A stretch of 64,000 nt of DNA, taken from the NCBI GenBank assembly GCA_044229975.1, contig JBGARZ010000015.1, forward strand, positions 32,001-96,000, written 5' to 3'. Below the pieces are notes generated by a model, which saw only the letters and a list, made by a program, of their open reading frames with translations, made no database searches and had not been told where the DNA came from. Shown here in pieces: positions 30,276-42,876 of the stretch. The stretch is from Polyangiales bacterium. GTDB lineage: Bacteria > Myxococcota_A > Polyangia > Polyangiales > Ga0077539. A program made the translations under genes and the position numbers. Positions within the stretch are counted from its first letter, which is position 1; every line of letters begins with the position of its first letter.

Positions 30276-32150
30276 ATGCCGTACCGCGCGAGCGAGCTCA
30301 AGGCGCCGAAGGGGCCGCGGCGGAAGGTGCCGATGTGGCCGCTGTGGGGCCTCGCGGTGCTGCCCATCGGGGTCGCGGGGTTCGTCGTGGATACGCTGAC
30401 GGTGCCGCGGGGGCCGCGAGCCGTCGCGTTGCGGATGCCATATCCGGCGGTGGCCTGCGATCGGGTGGACGTGCTGGCCGAGCGTGCCGACGGGTCGCGC
30501 GACGTGATGTGTGGGTCGGTGCGGGAGACGCTGCCCGCGGAGGGCGCGGCGACGGTGGCGGCGGAGCGCTTCGATGGACGCGTGGTGTCGGCGACGCCGG
30601 TCGCGCGCGGTTGGGTCTTCGTGACGGAGGACGGGACCGTCACCCGCAGCGACCGCTTCACGGGGCCGTTGCGGCTGCTCGGGAGGGTTCCGTGCGTCGC
30701 GGTGAGAAGCCACTCGGTGGGTCGCGCGGTGGTGCTCGATGGACACGGCGACGTGTGGACCACCGACGGCGGTCCGCTGATGAAGTGGGAGCTGCCGCGG
30801 CGGGTGCGCTCGATCGCGTTCGATAGTGCGACCCACGGCGCGGTGGTGTTCGACCGCGGCGAGCTTCTGGTGACAGGCAACGCCGGTGGTGAGTGGACGC
30901 GCTTCGACCTCCAGGGCGCCGTCGCGGCACGGGTGACGGTCGACTACCGGGGCGTGCTTCAGGCGAGCACCACGGACGGGACACAGGCGATCGTCGGGCT
31001 CGGGGTGTCGGGCGCGGGTCGGTGCTTTGGGGACCAAGGGGTCGACTCGCCGGGCAGGTTCGGCCTGGGGACCGACGCGCGAGCGTCCGAGGCCAGCGCA
31101 CGGGCGCAGGAGATCTTCCGGGTGGGTACCTCCGACGATCGCTGCGAGCAGGTGGACGCGGCGCGGGGCCGGGCATCGAGCCTGGACTCTCATCGGTATC
31201 ACTGCGCCTTCAGCGGCACGCGACGAACGCCCGCTGGCGCACAGCGCGTAGCGCCGGATCCGTTGCGGTGGGTCCTCATGGAGACGGCGACCGAGCATGT
31301 AGAAGCAGAGGTCACGTCGGGCGCAGACAGCGCGCGGATCGTGCGCTTGATGTGGCGGGGGCGCGACGCGCGCGGCGCCTACACGGGGCAGTCGGGGCCG
31401 GCGCTCGTGGGGATGGCGAGCCCCCTGCCGGGACGAGGACTCTGGGTGGAAGCCGTGTCCCGCGATGGGCTGCTGCTGGATTCACCGAGCCACGACGTGT
31501 TGCTGTGGGCCCGGCGGGGAGGGCCGATCGGGTTACTCGCTGAGGTCCCCGACTGCCTGGAGACATTGACGGTGCTGGCCGTGGAGCGACCGGGCGGCGG
31601 CGTGGCCTGGGCGCGCTGGAATCAGCTCGGAGACGAGGCGATCGTCACGGCGCTGGAAGTGGGGCCCGATGGTGTGCTGCGACGGCGACGCAGCCTCGCG
31701 ATCCCACGGACCGAGACCGTCGGACTCGGGCGTTGGGACGGCGTCATGGGCGTGGTGGCGTGGTCTTCGCGGGAGTTCGCGGCGACGACCTTCTACCCGC
31801 TGGATGCTTCGCCCACGCGCGCTCTGCCTGCGTTGCCGCTGACGCCGCCGCGCGCGTGCGAGGCGCCCGCGGTCCCAGGCGGGTCGGCCATCACGCTCTG
31901 GCGCGCCGGCGTGCGCCACGCCTACGACATCCCGATGGAGGGTGCTGGCACCACCCAACACGGGCTCGTCGGCACCCGCTACGAGCTCGAAGTGACCGAC
32001 GGCCAGACCTGCGTGCGCTCGCTGGGGATGAGCGATGGCGACATCGCCGGGCCGACGACCCTCCATGCGCAGCCCGGTGATCGCTTCGAGGGCGATGAGG
32101 GCGACGGCGTTCGGTTGACCTGCGTGGGCGTGGCGGTCGACGAGCGCTGA
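30276..32150 (+). CDS. Hypothetical membrane-anchored protein
   Basis: Long ORF with N-terminal TM segment. Confidence 0.55.
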   Translation: MPYRASELKAPKGPRRKVPMWPLWGLAVLPIGVAGFVVDTLTVPRGPRAVALRMPYPAVACDRVDVLAERADGSRDVMCGSVRETLPAEGAATVAAERFDGRVVSATPVARGWVFVTEDGTVTRSDRFTGPLRLLGRVPCVAVRSHSVGRAVVLDGHGDVWTTDGGPLMKWELPRRVRSIAFDSATHGAVVFDRGELLVTGNAGGEWTRFDLQGAVAARVTVDYRGVLQASTTDGTQAIVGLGVSGAGRCFGDQGVDSPGRFGLGTDARASEASARAQEIFRVGTSDDRCEQVDAARGRASSLDSHRYHCAFSGTRRTPAGAQRVAPDPLRWVLMETATEHVEAEVTSGADSARIVRLMWRGRDARGAYTGQSGPALVGMASPLPGRGLWVEAVSRDGLLLDSPSHDVLLWARRGGPIGLLAEVPDCLETLTVLAVERPGGGVAWARWNQLGDEAIVTALEVGPDGVLRRRRSLAIPRTETVGLGRWDGVMGVVAWSSREFAATTFYPLDASPTRALPALPLTPPRACEAPAVPGGSAITLWRAGVRHAYDIPMEGAGTTQHGLVGTRYELEVTDGQTCVRSLGMSDGDIAGPTTLHAQPGDRFEGDEGDGVRLTCVGVAVDER

Positions 32151-32245
32151 TCAGATCGCGCGCAGTCGCTGCACGATTTCCGGACGCCCGCATGCGTTGA
32201 CCCACCTCGCCGCGCTCGCTACCGCTCATCAACAGGGAGTCGTTG

Positions 32246-34339
32246 ATGCGAAATGCGCTGCTCACCGCGGTGATGCTTGGCTGGTTGGGCTGTACGCCCC
32301 TCGAACGTGGACTCCCCGACGCGAGCGCTGACGCCGCCCGGAGCGACGCGCTCGACGTGTCATCGGCTGACACTCCCGACGCCGTCGTGGTGGTCGACGT
32401 CCCGGTCGCCAACGATCGGGTCGACGTCGTCCCGAGTGATCAGCCCGACGCCGGCGCGAGGGACGCGGCGACCGACACACCCGTCGACGTCCCGCTCGCG
32501 ATGGATGTCCCCGACGTCCCAATCATCCCCGATGTCCCGCTCGCGATGGACGTGCGCGATGTCCCCGATGTGCCATCGCCCATCGACGTCCCCGTCGTCA
32601 TCGACGTCGTGACGCGCGATGTCCCCGATGTCCCCGATGTCCCCGACGTGCCCACCGCCATCGACGTCCCCGATGTCCCTGACGTCGTCGATGTCCCCGA
32701 CGTGCCCGATGTCCGTGATGTTCCCGATGTGCCCGATGTGCCGGTCATCACCGATCTCGGCATGTGCAGTCCCGCCGGGGTCGCGCGCCTGATCGGCCCC
32801 ATCTCCGGCTCGCAGGTCACCACGCGTCGCCCGCTGCTGCGCTGGACGCTCCCGCCCGCCGCGACCGGCGCCACCGTCGACTTCTGCCGCGACCGCGCCT
32901 GCTCCACCATCGTCGGCTCCGAGTCCGCCACCGGAACCTCCCTCCGCGTCACCCGCCCCGAGTTCCTGGCCAGCTCGGTGGTGTGGTGGCGCGTTCGTCC
33001 TCTGCAAAACACTGCGCCCTGCGGCCTCGCGAGCGCCACCTGGGAGCTGTGGCCCGCGCGCCAGACCACCGGCGACGGCTACGCCTACCGCCCCATCACG
33101 GACATCAACGCCGACGGCCGCGCCGACCTCGCCATCAGCGGTCACAACTCCTTCGCGGGCAACGGTCGCGCGTACGTCTATCAGGGCCAGTCCGACGGCC
33201 TCCCCGCGACGCCCACCCAGAGCATCGCGTCGCCCGTCGGTAGCAGCGACCAGTTCGGCATGCCCTCGTCGGGCGACTTCAACGGCGACGGGCTCACCGA
33301 CCTCCTCGTCGCCGAACTGCGCCCGCGATCGGGCTACCGCGGTCGCGTGTGGGTCTACCTCTCGGACGGATCACGCCTCCAGACGCCACCCGTGGAGCTC
33401 GTTCAGCCGGCGGGCGGATACGCGTACTTCGGGCTGCGCACGCACGTCGGCGACTACAACGGCGACGGGTACGCCGACGTCCTCGTGATCTCTGGCGTCA
33501 ACGACGCGCCCGACCCGATGGGCGGTCGTGTCTACGTCTACTACGGCAGCGCGACCGGCCCCGCCTCCGACCCCGCGACCACCATCGAAGGAACCGGCAC
33601 CATGGGCGCCAACTTCGCCGCCGACGGCGCCATCATCGACCTCGATGCTGATGGCTGCGACGACTTCCTGGCGACGCAGTTCGCCAACGACAGCCGCGTG
33701 CTGGTGGTGCTGCGCGGCGGGTCGAGCGGCCTGCGTCGTGACGGCGTGGTGGTGTCGACCATCGCAGGGCAGCGCTTCCCCAACGGCTCACCCGCCAACC
33801 TCGGCGACGTCAACGGCGACGGTCGCGTGGACTTCGGCGTCACCGAGTCGAGCACCGGATCGATCCGAGTGCTGATCGCTCTCGGCGCTGCGACAGGCAC
33901 GCCGGGTGCGACGGGTCTCATCCTCACGCTGGCTGACAGCCCGACCGCCGGGTCGCGCATCCACGGCATCGACATCGACGCCGATGGCCGCGCCGACGTG
34001 GTCGTCTCGCAGGTCGTGGGCGGCGTCGGGAAGATCTACATCTATCCGTACCGGGGGTCGGCCTTCGCGGCGCCGACGGTGCTCACCGCCGCCGCGGGGT
34101 TGCCCGACTACTCGCTCTCCTCCATCGCGGGCGACTACAACGGCGACGGCTGGGTGGACATCGTGTCGCAGCAGTACACCTGGATGTCGTCGCGCGGCGC
34201 GTACTCGCTGCTGCTGGGCGCCGTCGGCGGGGGCATCTCGTCGGGCGGACAGCGCGGCGTGCTCGGCCCCGAGACCGACTCGGCCCTCGGCTTTCGACTG
34301 GCGACCGTGACCTCCGGGCGCGTTCGGGGAGGGCTCTGA
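32246..34339 (+). CDS. FG-GAP/VCBS repeat lipoprotein with a (DVP)n linker
   Basis: Lipobox WLGC; repeated D(F/Y/I/V)N(G/A)DG..D. Confidence 0.88.
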   Translation: MRNALLTAVMLGWLGCTPLERGLPDASADAARSDALDVSSADTPDAVVVVDVPVANDRVDVVPSDQPDAGARDAATDTPVDVPLAMDVPDVPIIPDVPLAMDVRDVPDVPSPIDVPVVIDVVTRDVPDVPDVPDVPTAIDVPDVPDVVDVPDVPDVRDVPDVPDVPVITDLGMCSPAGVARLIGPISGSQVTTRRPLLRWTLPPAATGATVDFCRDRACSTIVGSESATGTSLRVTRPEFLASSVVWWRVRPLQNTAPCGLASATWELWPARQTTGDGYAYRPITDINADGRADLAISGHNSFAGNGRAYVYQGQSDGLPATPTQSIASPVGSSDQFGMPSSGDFNGDGLTDLLVAELRPRSGYRGRVWVYLSDGSRLQTPPVELVQPAGGYAYFGLRTHVGDYNGDGYADVLVISGVNDAPDPMGGRVYVYYGSATGPASDPATTIEGTGTMGANFAADGAIIDLDADGCDDFLATQFANDSRVLVVLRGGSSGLRRDGVVVSTIAGQRFPNGSPANLGDVNGDGRVDFGVTESSTGSIRVLIALGAATGTPGATGLILTLADSPTAGSRIHGIDIDADGRADVVVSQVVGGVGKIYIYPYRGSAFAAPTVLTAAAGLPDYSLSSIAGDYNGDGWVDIVSQQYTWMSSRGAYSLLLGAVGGGISSGGQRGVLGPETDSALGFRLATVTSGRVRGGL

Positions 34340-34342
34340 CCG

Positions 34343-35377
34343 ATGCGCCACACACGCCTTCACTCACTGGCGTTTGCCATCGTCGTCGCGGCGTCGCCGG
34401 GTCTCGCGCTCGCGCAGACCGCCGACGTCGAGGCGGAGCACCTGCGCGGGATGCAGCTCCGCGCGCACGGCCACGACGCCGAGGCGGCCGTGGTGTTTCG
34501 CACGCTGTTCGAGCGCAACGGTGAGCCCCGCGCGCTCGCCCGCCTCGGCCTCGCCGAAGGGGCCCTCCTGCGCTGGGCCGACGCCGAGGAGCACCTCCAG
34601 AGTGCCCTCGCGCGCACCACCGATCCGTGGATCGTCGCCAACCGCCCCGGCCTCGAAGGCGTGTTGCGCTCGGTGCAGCAGCACCTCGGAACGCTCACCG
34701 TCATCTGCCCCACCCCTGGCGCGACGGTTCAATGGACGGGGCAGTCGCCGCTCGCGCTGCCGCTCGCGCGCCCGCTGCGGGTGACGACGGGCTTCCTCGA
34801 CGTGGTGGTTCACGCGCCGGGTCACTCGCTGGTGACGCGTCGGGTGGCCGTTCCTGCGGGCACCGACCCGGTGGCCATCGACGTCACGCTGACGCGCGAA
34901 GCGGGCGCCGAACCTGCGACGCCCGCGAGCGCACCGACGCCGGTCGCGACGGTTGCGGTGACGGCTGCGCCGGTGGTGGTGAGGGCGCCTGCGCCTGTCG
35001 ATGCGCCCGCGCCGCCGCGACGCATGTGGCTGCGCCCGCTGGGCATCGGGCTCGTGGTCGGGGCGGGCGTGTCGGTGGGCGTCGGGGTGCTGGGCGTGGT
35101 GCTGCGCGAGGGCGCGGCGGGTCGCTTCAACGACGCGCGCTGTCGGCTGTATCCCGATCGGGACGAGGTGTCCTCGGGCGGCCCGGCGTGCGCCGATGAG
35201 CTCGCGAGCACGCAGACGGGACAGACGGTGGCGATCGCGGGCTTCGTGGCGGCTGGTGTGCTGGGCGTCGCGGGCGTGACGGCGCTGGTGCTGGCGCCGC
35301 GCGCGCCGGTGCGGGTGGACGTCGGGCCCACCGCCAACGGACAGGGATGGGCGGGGAGCGTGACGCTGCGGTTTTGA
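34343..35377 (+). CDS. TPR/PEGA-like membrane protein
   Basis: Signal peptide, TPR-like helices, V.APG PEGA-like segment, C-terminal TM hairpin. Confidence 0.75.
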   Translation: MRHTRLHSLAFAIVVAASPGLALAQTADVEAEHLRGMQLRAHGHDAEAAVVFRTLFERNGEPRALARLGLAEGALLRWADAEEHLQSALARTTDPWIVANRPGLEGVLRSVQQHLGTLTVICPTPGATVQWTGQSPLALPLARPLRVTTGFLDVVVHAPGHSLVTRRVAVPAGTDPVAIDVTLTREAGAEPATPASAPTPVATVAVTAAPVVVRAPAPVDAPAPPRRMWLRPLGIGLVVGAGVSVGVGVLGVVLREGAAGRFNDARCRLYPDRDEVSSGGPACADELASTQTGQTVAIAGFVAAGVLGVAGVTALVLAPRAPVRVDVGPTANGQGWAGSVTLRF

Positions 35378-35759
35378 GGGCACTCGGGCCTTCGGTCGTG
35401 TTCTTCCTCTCAGGGGGGCCGAGCGTCGGGGCAGGCCGCGAGTGAGGAGCCTCGGTGCGCGCATACCTGAGCAGGTATGAAGCCGCGTGACGAGGCGCTC
35501 GGGTCGCGCTGGCGGTCGTTCAAACGCGAACGCGTGACGACGCAGTGACGTGCCCAACTCGTCCGTTCGCTCTCGGGAATTTGACGCACTTGCACGATCT
35601 CCTTCTCGCAAATCACATGCACTCCGACCGCCTGTCCGAACTGCGGACACGCGTCTGAGACGTGAGCGCCGCGGGCCTTGACGACGTCTGATGCGTGGGC
35701 GCCAAAAGGTAGACGGTCGAAATTTGTTCGGCGGGTGGTCGTGCGTGACGGAGGCAGTG

Positions 35760-37247
35760 ATGGGGCGTTTGCGTGGACTGTGGCTCTGGGTGTTGGTGGT
35801 GCTCGTCGTGGCCTGTGGCGGCGATGGCGATCACATCCGTCGCGCGGCGTTTGGCATCGGGGGCGTGGGGCCGGCGTGGTCCGGCGGGACCCTGACCCTG
35901 GTCCGTGCGACGCCCACGCGGCTCACCATCGCGTGGCCGGTTCCCGTCGCAGGAACGGGCGCCGCACTGGAGGTGGTCGAGGTGGGCAAGCGGCGCGTCA
36001 GGTTGCGCTTCGATGGGGCGACCGACGACTACGACGAGTTCAGTCACTACTTCGGGTTCGCAACGCCGCCGCCCTTCGACGTCGTATCTGGCTCCAGCCT
36101 CGGCGATCAGATCTACACAACCCGCTACCCCCTCGACCCTGGCACCTCGTACACGCTGGGGGTGTTCGCGCAGGACGACGAAGGGCACACGTCGTCCACG
36201 CTCACGACAGCGGTCACGACCCTCGCCGCCTCGACGCCCGCTGTCTGGCCGACCGGGACGACCGCCGCTACCTCGTTCACGTTCCCCAGCACGGGCCGTG
36301 TCTTCTGGAGCACGACGCCCATCGATGCGGTCGCCTATACGGTCCGTCGCAGCGTCGACGGTGGTCCCTTCGTCGACTGGTGGGACAGCCACGAGTACGG
36401 GGGTGACCTCTCGAACTTGATGGCCGCAGCAGGAGACGACTTCGCCCTCGGCTCCACCTACGACTTCCAGGTCTTCTTCCGGGACGACACGGGCGCGGTC
36501 ACGGCCACGCCGCTCACCGCTCATCTCGGCATCCCGGCGCCACCGATCCCGACGGCGCCGCCCCTCGAACCGTCCCGGATCACGCCGCTGGTGGAGCGTT
36601 CGAGCTGGCTCTACACCGGCTCCGATCCCGTGCAGCGCGACATGACACCCGGGGTCATCGTCCCCGCGCGCGTCGGAGTCCTTCACGGTCGCGTCCGATC
36701 GCGGGACGACAACTCGCTCCTCGGCGGCGCACGTGTGTCGGTGCACGGCCACCCGGAGTACGGCTACACGTTCTCACGCATCGACGGCCGCTGGGACCTC
36801 GTCATCAACGGCGGTGGCGTCTTCCGCGTCGACTTCGAGCGGCCGGGCATGCTGCCAGTGCAGCGCAGCGTGAACGTCCCGTGGGACCGCGATCGTTGGG
36901 TGGATGAGGTGGCCCTCACGGTCGCCGACGACGCCGTCACGGAGATCGATCCCGATGGAGGTGCCGGCACCGTCGGCTGGACGAGGGCAGAGGGGGCGAC
37001 CCACACCGACGCGGACGGCACGCGACACGCGACGGTCTTCGTCCCAGAAGGGACCCAGCTCACGGCGCACATGGGCGAGGAGTCCGGCGCCATCGATGAG
37101 CCTGCTCACCTCCGCATCACCGAGTACACCGTTGGACCGCGCGGGCCTCGCGCGATGCCGGGACCCGTCGTCGCGCCGGTGAGCAGGACATCACCCTCGC
37201 GGAGCGTCTCCAACTTCGCGCAGCCCATCCGATCAGCGAAGGGGTGA
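35760..37247 (+). pseudogene. Teneurin-like YD-repeat toxin, N-terminal part (FN3 + carboxypeptidase-regulatory-like domain)
   Basis: HPEYG.T.SR.DG..DLVINGGG; ITEYTVG..GP.AMPG; frame breaks near 37170. Confidence 0.7.
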
Positions 37248-39000
37248 TGGAGTTCTGGCGCGTGCGCGTTCAGCACTTCACTCCATGGGACATCAACTGG
37301 GGCGAAGGGCCGCCCGATGGCGCGCAGAACTGCTTCAGTCAGCGCGGCAACATGAGCACCGACGCGACCTGTCCGGGTGGTGATGGCTGCCTGGGCCAGG
37401 CCGCACAGACAAGCGCCGGAGAGGGGCCGGGGCTGTCGCAGTCCTCGATGTCGCAGGATGGGCGCGATCGGACGGTCACGCTGACGCTCGGATGTACATC
37501 CCAGCCGCCCAGTGGGGACTGGGCCGAGGACATGAGCCGCTACCAGGTCGAGGTGGAGGTCGGTGGTCAGCTCATCGAACAGAACGTTCCCGCTTCCAGC
37601 GAAGGTGTGAGCATCGAGTGGGACGGCAACGACGACCAGGGCCGTCCGTTGGAGGGACCGCAGCCGGTCACGGTGAGGGTCGGGCAGGCGTATCCGATGG
37701 AGGTCGGCGCGGGCCAGCGCTTCGGAGAGGTTCCAACGATGCGCATCACGGGGACGCCCCGTGGTGAGGCGGTCATCTGGGCGGAGCAGGAGGGAGTCAT
37801 CGGACATCACCGCTCCTCCGGGGACGGGCTCGGGAGCTGGCAGCTCCCCAACCAGCACCGCTACGACCCCACGACCCGCACCATCATGCTCGGCACCGGC
37901 AGCAACCTGCCGCCAGAGATCGGGCCCGGCATCGTCGAGGACGTTCTCGTCGGGACCGCCGTCGCAGACATGGCGTTCGGCCCCGATGGCACGCTGTACT
38001 TCACGGTCCCGTCGTCGCACGAGGTGCGTCGGCTGCGAAACATCGGGACTGGTTCGCCCACGGTCGATGTCATCGCCGGGACTGGGACGTCGGGCTGTGG
38101 TGCCGACGGGGCCGCGACGTCCGTTGCGCTGACCGAACCTCATGGCATCGCCGTCCGAAGCGACGGCTCGGTGTACTTCACCGATGCGGGGTGCCACCGC
38201 GTGCGCCGCATCACACCGGACGGCACGGCGATCGTGACCGTAGCGGGCACCGGCTGGGCCGGCTTCTCGGGCGACGGCGGACCCGCGACGGCCGCGCAGG
38301 TCTACGCGCCGCGCGACGTCGAGGTGGCATTCGACGGGGCGGTGCTCATCGCTGACACGCTCAATCATCGGGTGCGCCGGGTCGGCAACGACGGCCGCAT
38401 CACGACCATCGTTGGCGGTGGCAGCTACGCGATGTTCATCCCGGGAGCGTGGTGGCCTCTCACGAGAGTGGCGACGTCGGTCATCCTCGACCATCCGTGG
38501 GCGTTGTCGGTTCTGCCCAACGGCGAAGTCTATGTGGTCGATCGCTACGGGCATCAGGTCTACCGCTACTCGCTCGATGGAGTGCTTCACCGACACTCCG
38601 GTTGCAATAGCTGCTCGGGAGGTGCCGCCGAGTGGGAGACTCCCGATGGCGGTGCCCGCGCGCTCGGGGCGCACCACTCGCCGGAAGACGTCTTGGCCTT
38701 TCCCGATGGGGAGGTCTGGGTCGCCGACCGGGACAACCACCGCATCTCGCAGGTTCGCAACGATCAGGTGCGGGGCATCATCGGCCGCTACGATCGCAAC
38801 ACGCCTTTCGTCAGTGGGAGCACCGCGGTCTCGGCCTCCCTCCCATGGCCTACGAGTCTCGCCGCGAGCCCGGATGGCTCGGTGTACATCGCGCTGCGGG
38901 CCTGTCCGTCCGATGCCTGCCCGTCCGAGTCGCGGGTTCCGCGCATCGTGCGCACCCGCTCGGCGCGCGGTGGCATGACGACGACGGGCAGCACGATGAC
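37244..39000 (+). pseudogene. Teneurin-like toxin, plug + NHL-repeat part
   Basis: HFTPWDINW; WDG.D..GR; NHL repeats (FSGDGGPA, IADTLNHRVR); frameshift near 39000. Confidence 0.75.
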
Positions 39001-42000
39001 CCAGCCCAGATGGCTCGGCGCTGTGGGAGTTCAACCTCTCCGGTGGCTGCCTGAATCGGACCCTCGATGCGTTGACCGGCGTGGTGCGCGAGCGTTTCGA
39101 GTACGCGGACGGAACCTGCCGCCCGAATCGCGTCGTGTTCGGCGCGGACAGCGAGAGCAACGCCCTCACCATCGAGCGGTCGTCGGGGCACTTCACGATC
39201 ACGGATCCAGCGGGCCGACAGACGACGTACACGTTGGACTCTCGTCAACATGTCCAACGCATCACCCGCGGCGGCCCGGAAGACGTGAGCGCGGCGATGC
39301 CCGGATGGGAGTACGTGATCAACGCCGGTGGTCTGGTGACGGATACCTACGACCCCGAGCGGCGCCACTCCCACAACCAGTACGACGACTTCGGGCGCCT
39401 GGCCTGGTCGACGGACCCGCTGTCGGGGCGACACGAGAGCGCGCCAGCGAGCCGGGTGATTCCGGGGTCGAGCGCCGGGCTGTCCCAGTCGAGGGTCAGC
39501 GTTCGACAACGAGCGGGGTCGGAGACAGATCCCGGCTCGTGGTGGCGTCGTGAGGGCTTCAACAGTGACCTCGGGTCGTGGATCACCCAGGAGAGCGCAG
39601 GCGGCGACGACACCGTCACGCTGGTGCAGCGACAGTCGGTGCAACGTGGCAACCGCGATCCGGTGTCGACGCTGTACAGCCACCCCAGCGTCACGCTCGC
39701 GGGGGGGGACGAGACCACGGGGCGGGTCGAGCTGGCGCGTCGTAGCGTCACAACGGTCCCCGAGCCCCGGCTCGGGTCGATGGTACAGGTCCCGAAAGAT
39801 ATCGTCTCCACGGTCGGCTCGCGGACCGCGACGACGACCTGGAGCTACGGCACGCCGACGACGGTGTCCGGCACGATGCTGTTGGCGACGCAGACGGTCC
39901 GAGAGACACGGCCGAATAGCCGGTGGATCGATCGCTCTTTCGAGCGCCTGTCCTCGGGGCACATGGTGCTCACCACCGAGACGCGTGGCGGAAGGACGAG
40001 CGAGCGCGAGCTCGACTCGCAGGGCCGCCTCATCGAAGAGCGCTGGCCGGGGGTGACCCCGACCGTGCACCCCGTGCAGTACAGCTACGACGCGCGCGGT
40101 CGCCTGGAGCAGATCACCCAGGGCACGCGTCGCTGGCGCGGTCAGTTCGACGACGGGCACCACGGCGTGCTCTCGCAGGAGTCGTGGGGCCACGCCTCCG
40201 GGGAGACGGGCGTGACCTCCGCGGAGACGCACTTCCACTTCTACGACGACGGCGTCCCGCAGCTCGATGTGCTGCCGCTGGCGAGGGAGATCGAGTACGT
40301 CTTCGACAAGTCGCGGCAGTTGACGGAGCTGATTCCGCCGGGGCGTCCGGCGCATCGCTTCGACGAAGACCTCGCGACGCGAACCTTCTCCTCGGTGCAG
40401 CCGACCGCCGTGGCGATGCTCCCGCCGGAGGACGGGCCCGTCACGTCGACGACGCTGACGGAGCTCGGTCTGCCCTCCGATGAGGTGCGGCCTGACGGCG
40501 TGCACCTGCACTCGACGTACGACCCACGCTCGCGGCGGCTGCTGAGCATCGAGCGCACGTCCGGCACGCCTGCCACGCTGCTGACGATGGCGTACGTCGC
40601 GCAGACCGGGGCGCTCTCAACCGTCACCGCGGGCGACGGTGCAGTGCTGCGCTACGGGTACAGCGAGTTCTTGCCCGTGAGCGAGGCGTGGGAGGGGAGC
40701 GCGGTCACCGGGACCGTCACGCAGTCCATCGACGACACCTTCGAGCCGGTGGGGCTCACGGTGGCGGGTGCTCCGCGGCTCGCTCCGCGGCGCGTTGACC
40801 TCGACGGCCTGCCGACGGAGGTGGGCGAGCAGCGCCCGGCGTCGACCGACCCGGTCGCGGGAACCACGGTGCTGGCCGACGGCCTCGGGTTGACCTGGGA
40901 AGGTTCCTCGGGACGCCTCACGGCGACGAGCGTGGGCGTGGCCAACAGCGCGCGGACCTTCACCGCGTACGGTGAGGTGGCGAGCGACGAACACCGCGAG
41001 GGGACGAACGTGCAGCTCCGCTTCGCGCGCAGCTACGACGACCGCGGGCGGCTGACGCGCGTGGTGGAGACCGACGGGATCTCGGGCAGTAGCCCAGTAG
41101 TCTTCACCACCGGCTACGAGTACGACGCGGCAGGTCGGCTCACGGGTGTCAGAGAGATGGGCGGCGACGTGAGCGCGGCCACCCTGCTCACTTCGGGCAC
41201 GTTGCGTGAGCAGTACACCTACGAGGACGACGCCGACCACAACGGCCTCAACGGACACCGCACGGCGTGGACGGTGGAGGGCGTCTCATGGACGGCGACC
41301 TACGACCGGCAGGACCGCATCACGTCCAGCACGCAGACGACGAGCGGCGCGGGCGTCGGGACGACGACGTACACCCATCGGGTGACGGGCGAGCGGGAGA
41401 CCGAGACGCGGCCCGACACGACGGTGTCGACGTACACCTGGGATGTGCGCGGGGCGCTCGCGAAGGTGGAGCGCACGAGCGCGACGGACATCGGGTACGT
41501 GCTCGACCCGACGGGGCGCTGGATCGGTCGGCGCGTGGGTACGGGGTTGGACCGCGGGTGGCTGTACGCGGGGATTCACCCGGTGGCGGAGGTCGACACG
41601 GACGGGCACACCGTGAGGCGGGTGTTCGTGTATGGGACGTCGGGGCACGTGCCGGACCTGGTGCTGGTGCGCCCCAGCGGAGCGACGTCGACGACGGCAG
41701 GCGAGGTAGCGTGGGAGCGCTACCGGGTGGTGACTGATCAGGTGGGGAGCGTGCGCGCGGTGGTGCGGGCGAGCGACGGCGTGGTGGTGCAGCGGATGCG
41801 CTACACGGCCTTCGGGGTGGTGCGCGAGGACTGGATCGCGAGCGGATGGGAGGCGATTCCGTTCGGGTACGCGGGCGGGTTGTACGACCGGGCGACGGGG
41901 CTGGTGCGCTACGGCGCGCGGGTGTACGACCCGAGCGTCGGACGATGGCTGAGCAGGGATCCCATCGGGTTCAGAGGCGGGGACACCAACGTCTACGCGT

Positions 42001-42605
42001 ATTGCGCGAACGATCCGGTCAATCGGATCGACCCGAGTGGGCTCGTCGAGGTGAGCGATCTGAACGCGGCGGACCTGGAGACACTGTCGAACTTCGTGGG
42101 TGGGTTCGGGGACGAGGCGTCGATGGGGCTCACGCGGCTCGTCCGGGACGCGCTGGGGATTGGGGGAGAGGTCAACCAGTGCTCCGGCGCATACACTGCG
42201 GGGACGGTCGCAGGAATGGTGGCTGGAGCGATCGCCAGTGGCGGGGAAACGGCAGTTGCGAGAAGGGCTGGAGTTGCTTCGAGAATTGCGAACGACGGAT
42301 CCGTCGGCGCGATGATGACGCCTTATCTCAGGGCAGCAAGAGGAGGGAGACACAACGGGCACTATAAGCAGGTTCAAAATTATACTCGGGGTGGATTGGA
42401 AAGGTCGATTCGAAACATGAGGGCAAATATCGAGAGACACTTGGAGTATCTGGGAAATCCGACTGGTCCGCATTCCCCAAATTTCAACAGTAACAGAGCT
42501 TCTCAAAGGATGGACGATGTCGAGCACTGGCTGGATGAGATTGATGACTGGTCTGATCAAATCGAGATCTCGGTCGAGACCCGCTTTAGGAGATTTGGTG
42601 AATGA
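39001..42605 (+). CDS. Teneurin-like toxin, YD/Rhs shell plus C-terminal toxin domain
   Basis: YD repeats; Rhs core PFGYAGGLYD..GARVYDP..GRWLSRDPIG..N.YAY..NDPVNRIDPSG; low-GC tip. Confidence 0.9.
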
Positions 42606-42856
42606 GCGACAATGAGACTACAGTCAACTTCGTTCGTGATCTCGTGTGGTCCCTGCGCGAGCGAGCGGACGAGGCCGCGCGCCGTGCCACCAACGAGAGG
42701 TCTGAGTTCGACGCTGGACGGGAGTTGGCACTCCGTCAATCACTTTTGCGCATCAAGAACCAAGCGGAGTCCTTTGGGATTCGGCACGCGGATGTCCTGC
42801 TCGATGGACTCAATCCCCTTGTCGATCCACTCGGACTGCCAGATGATGGATGGTAG
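42602..42856 (+). CDS. Putative immunity protein 1
   Basis: Overlaps the toxin stop (ATGA); 84 aa; low GC. Confidence 0.7.
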   Translation: MSDNETTVNFVRDLVWSLRERADEAARRATNERSEFDAGRELALRQSLLRIKNQAESFGIRHADVLLDGLNPLVDPLGLPDDGW

Positions 42857-42876
42857 CTTCTCAGGTTTGGTGTCCG

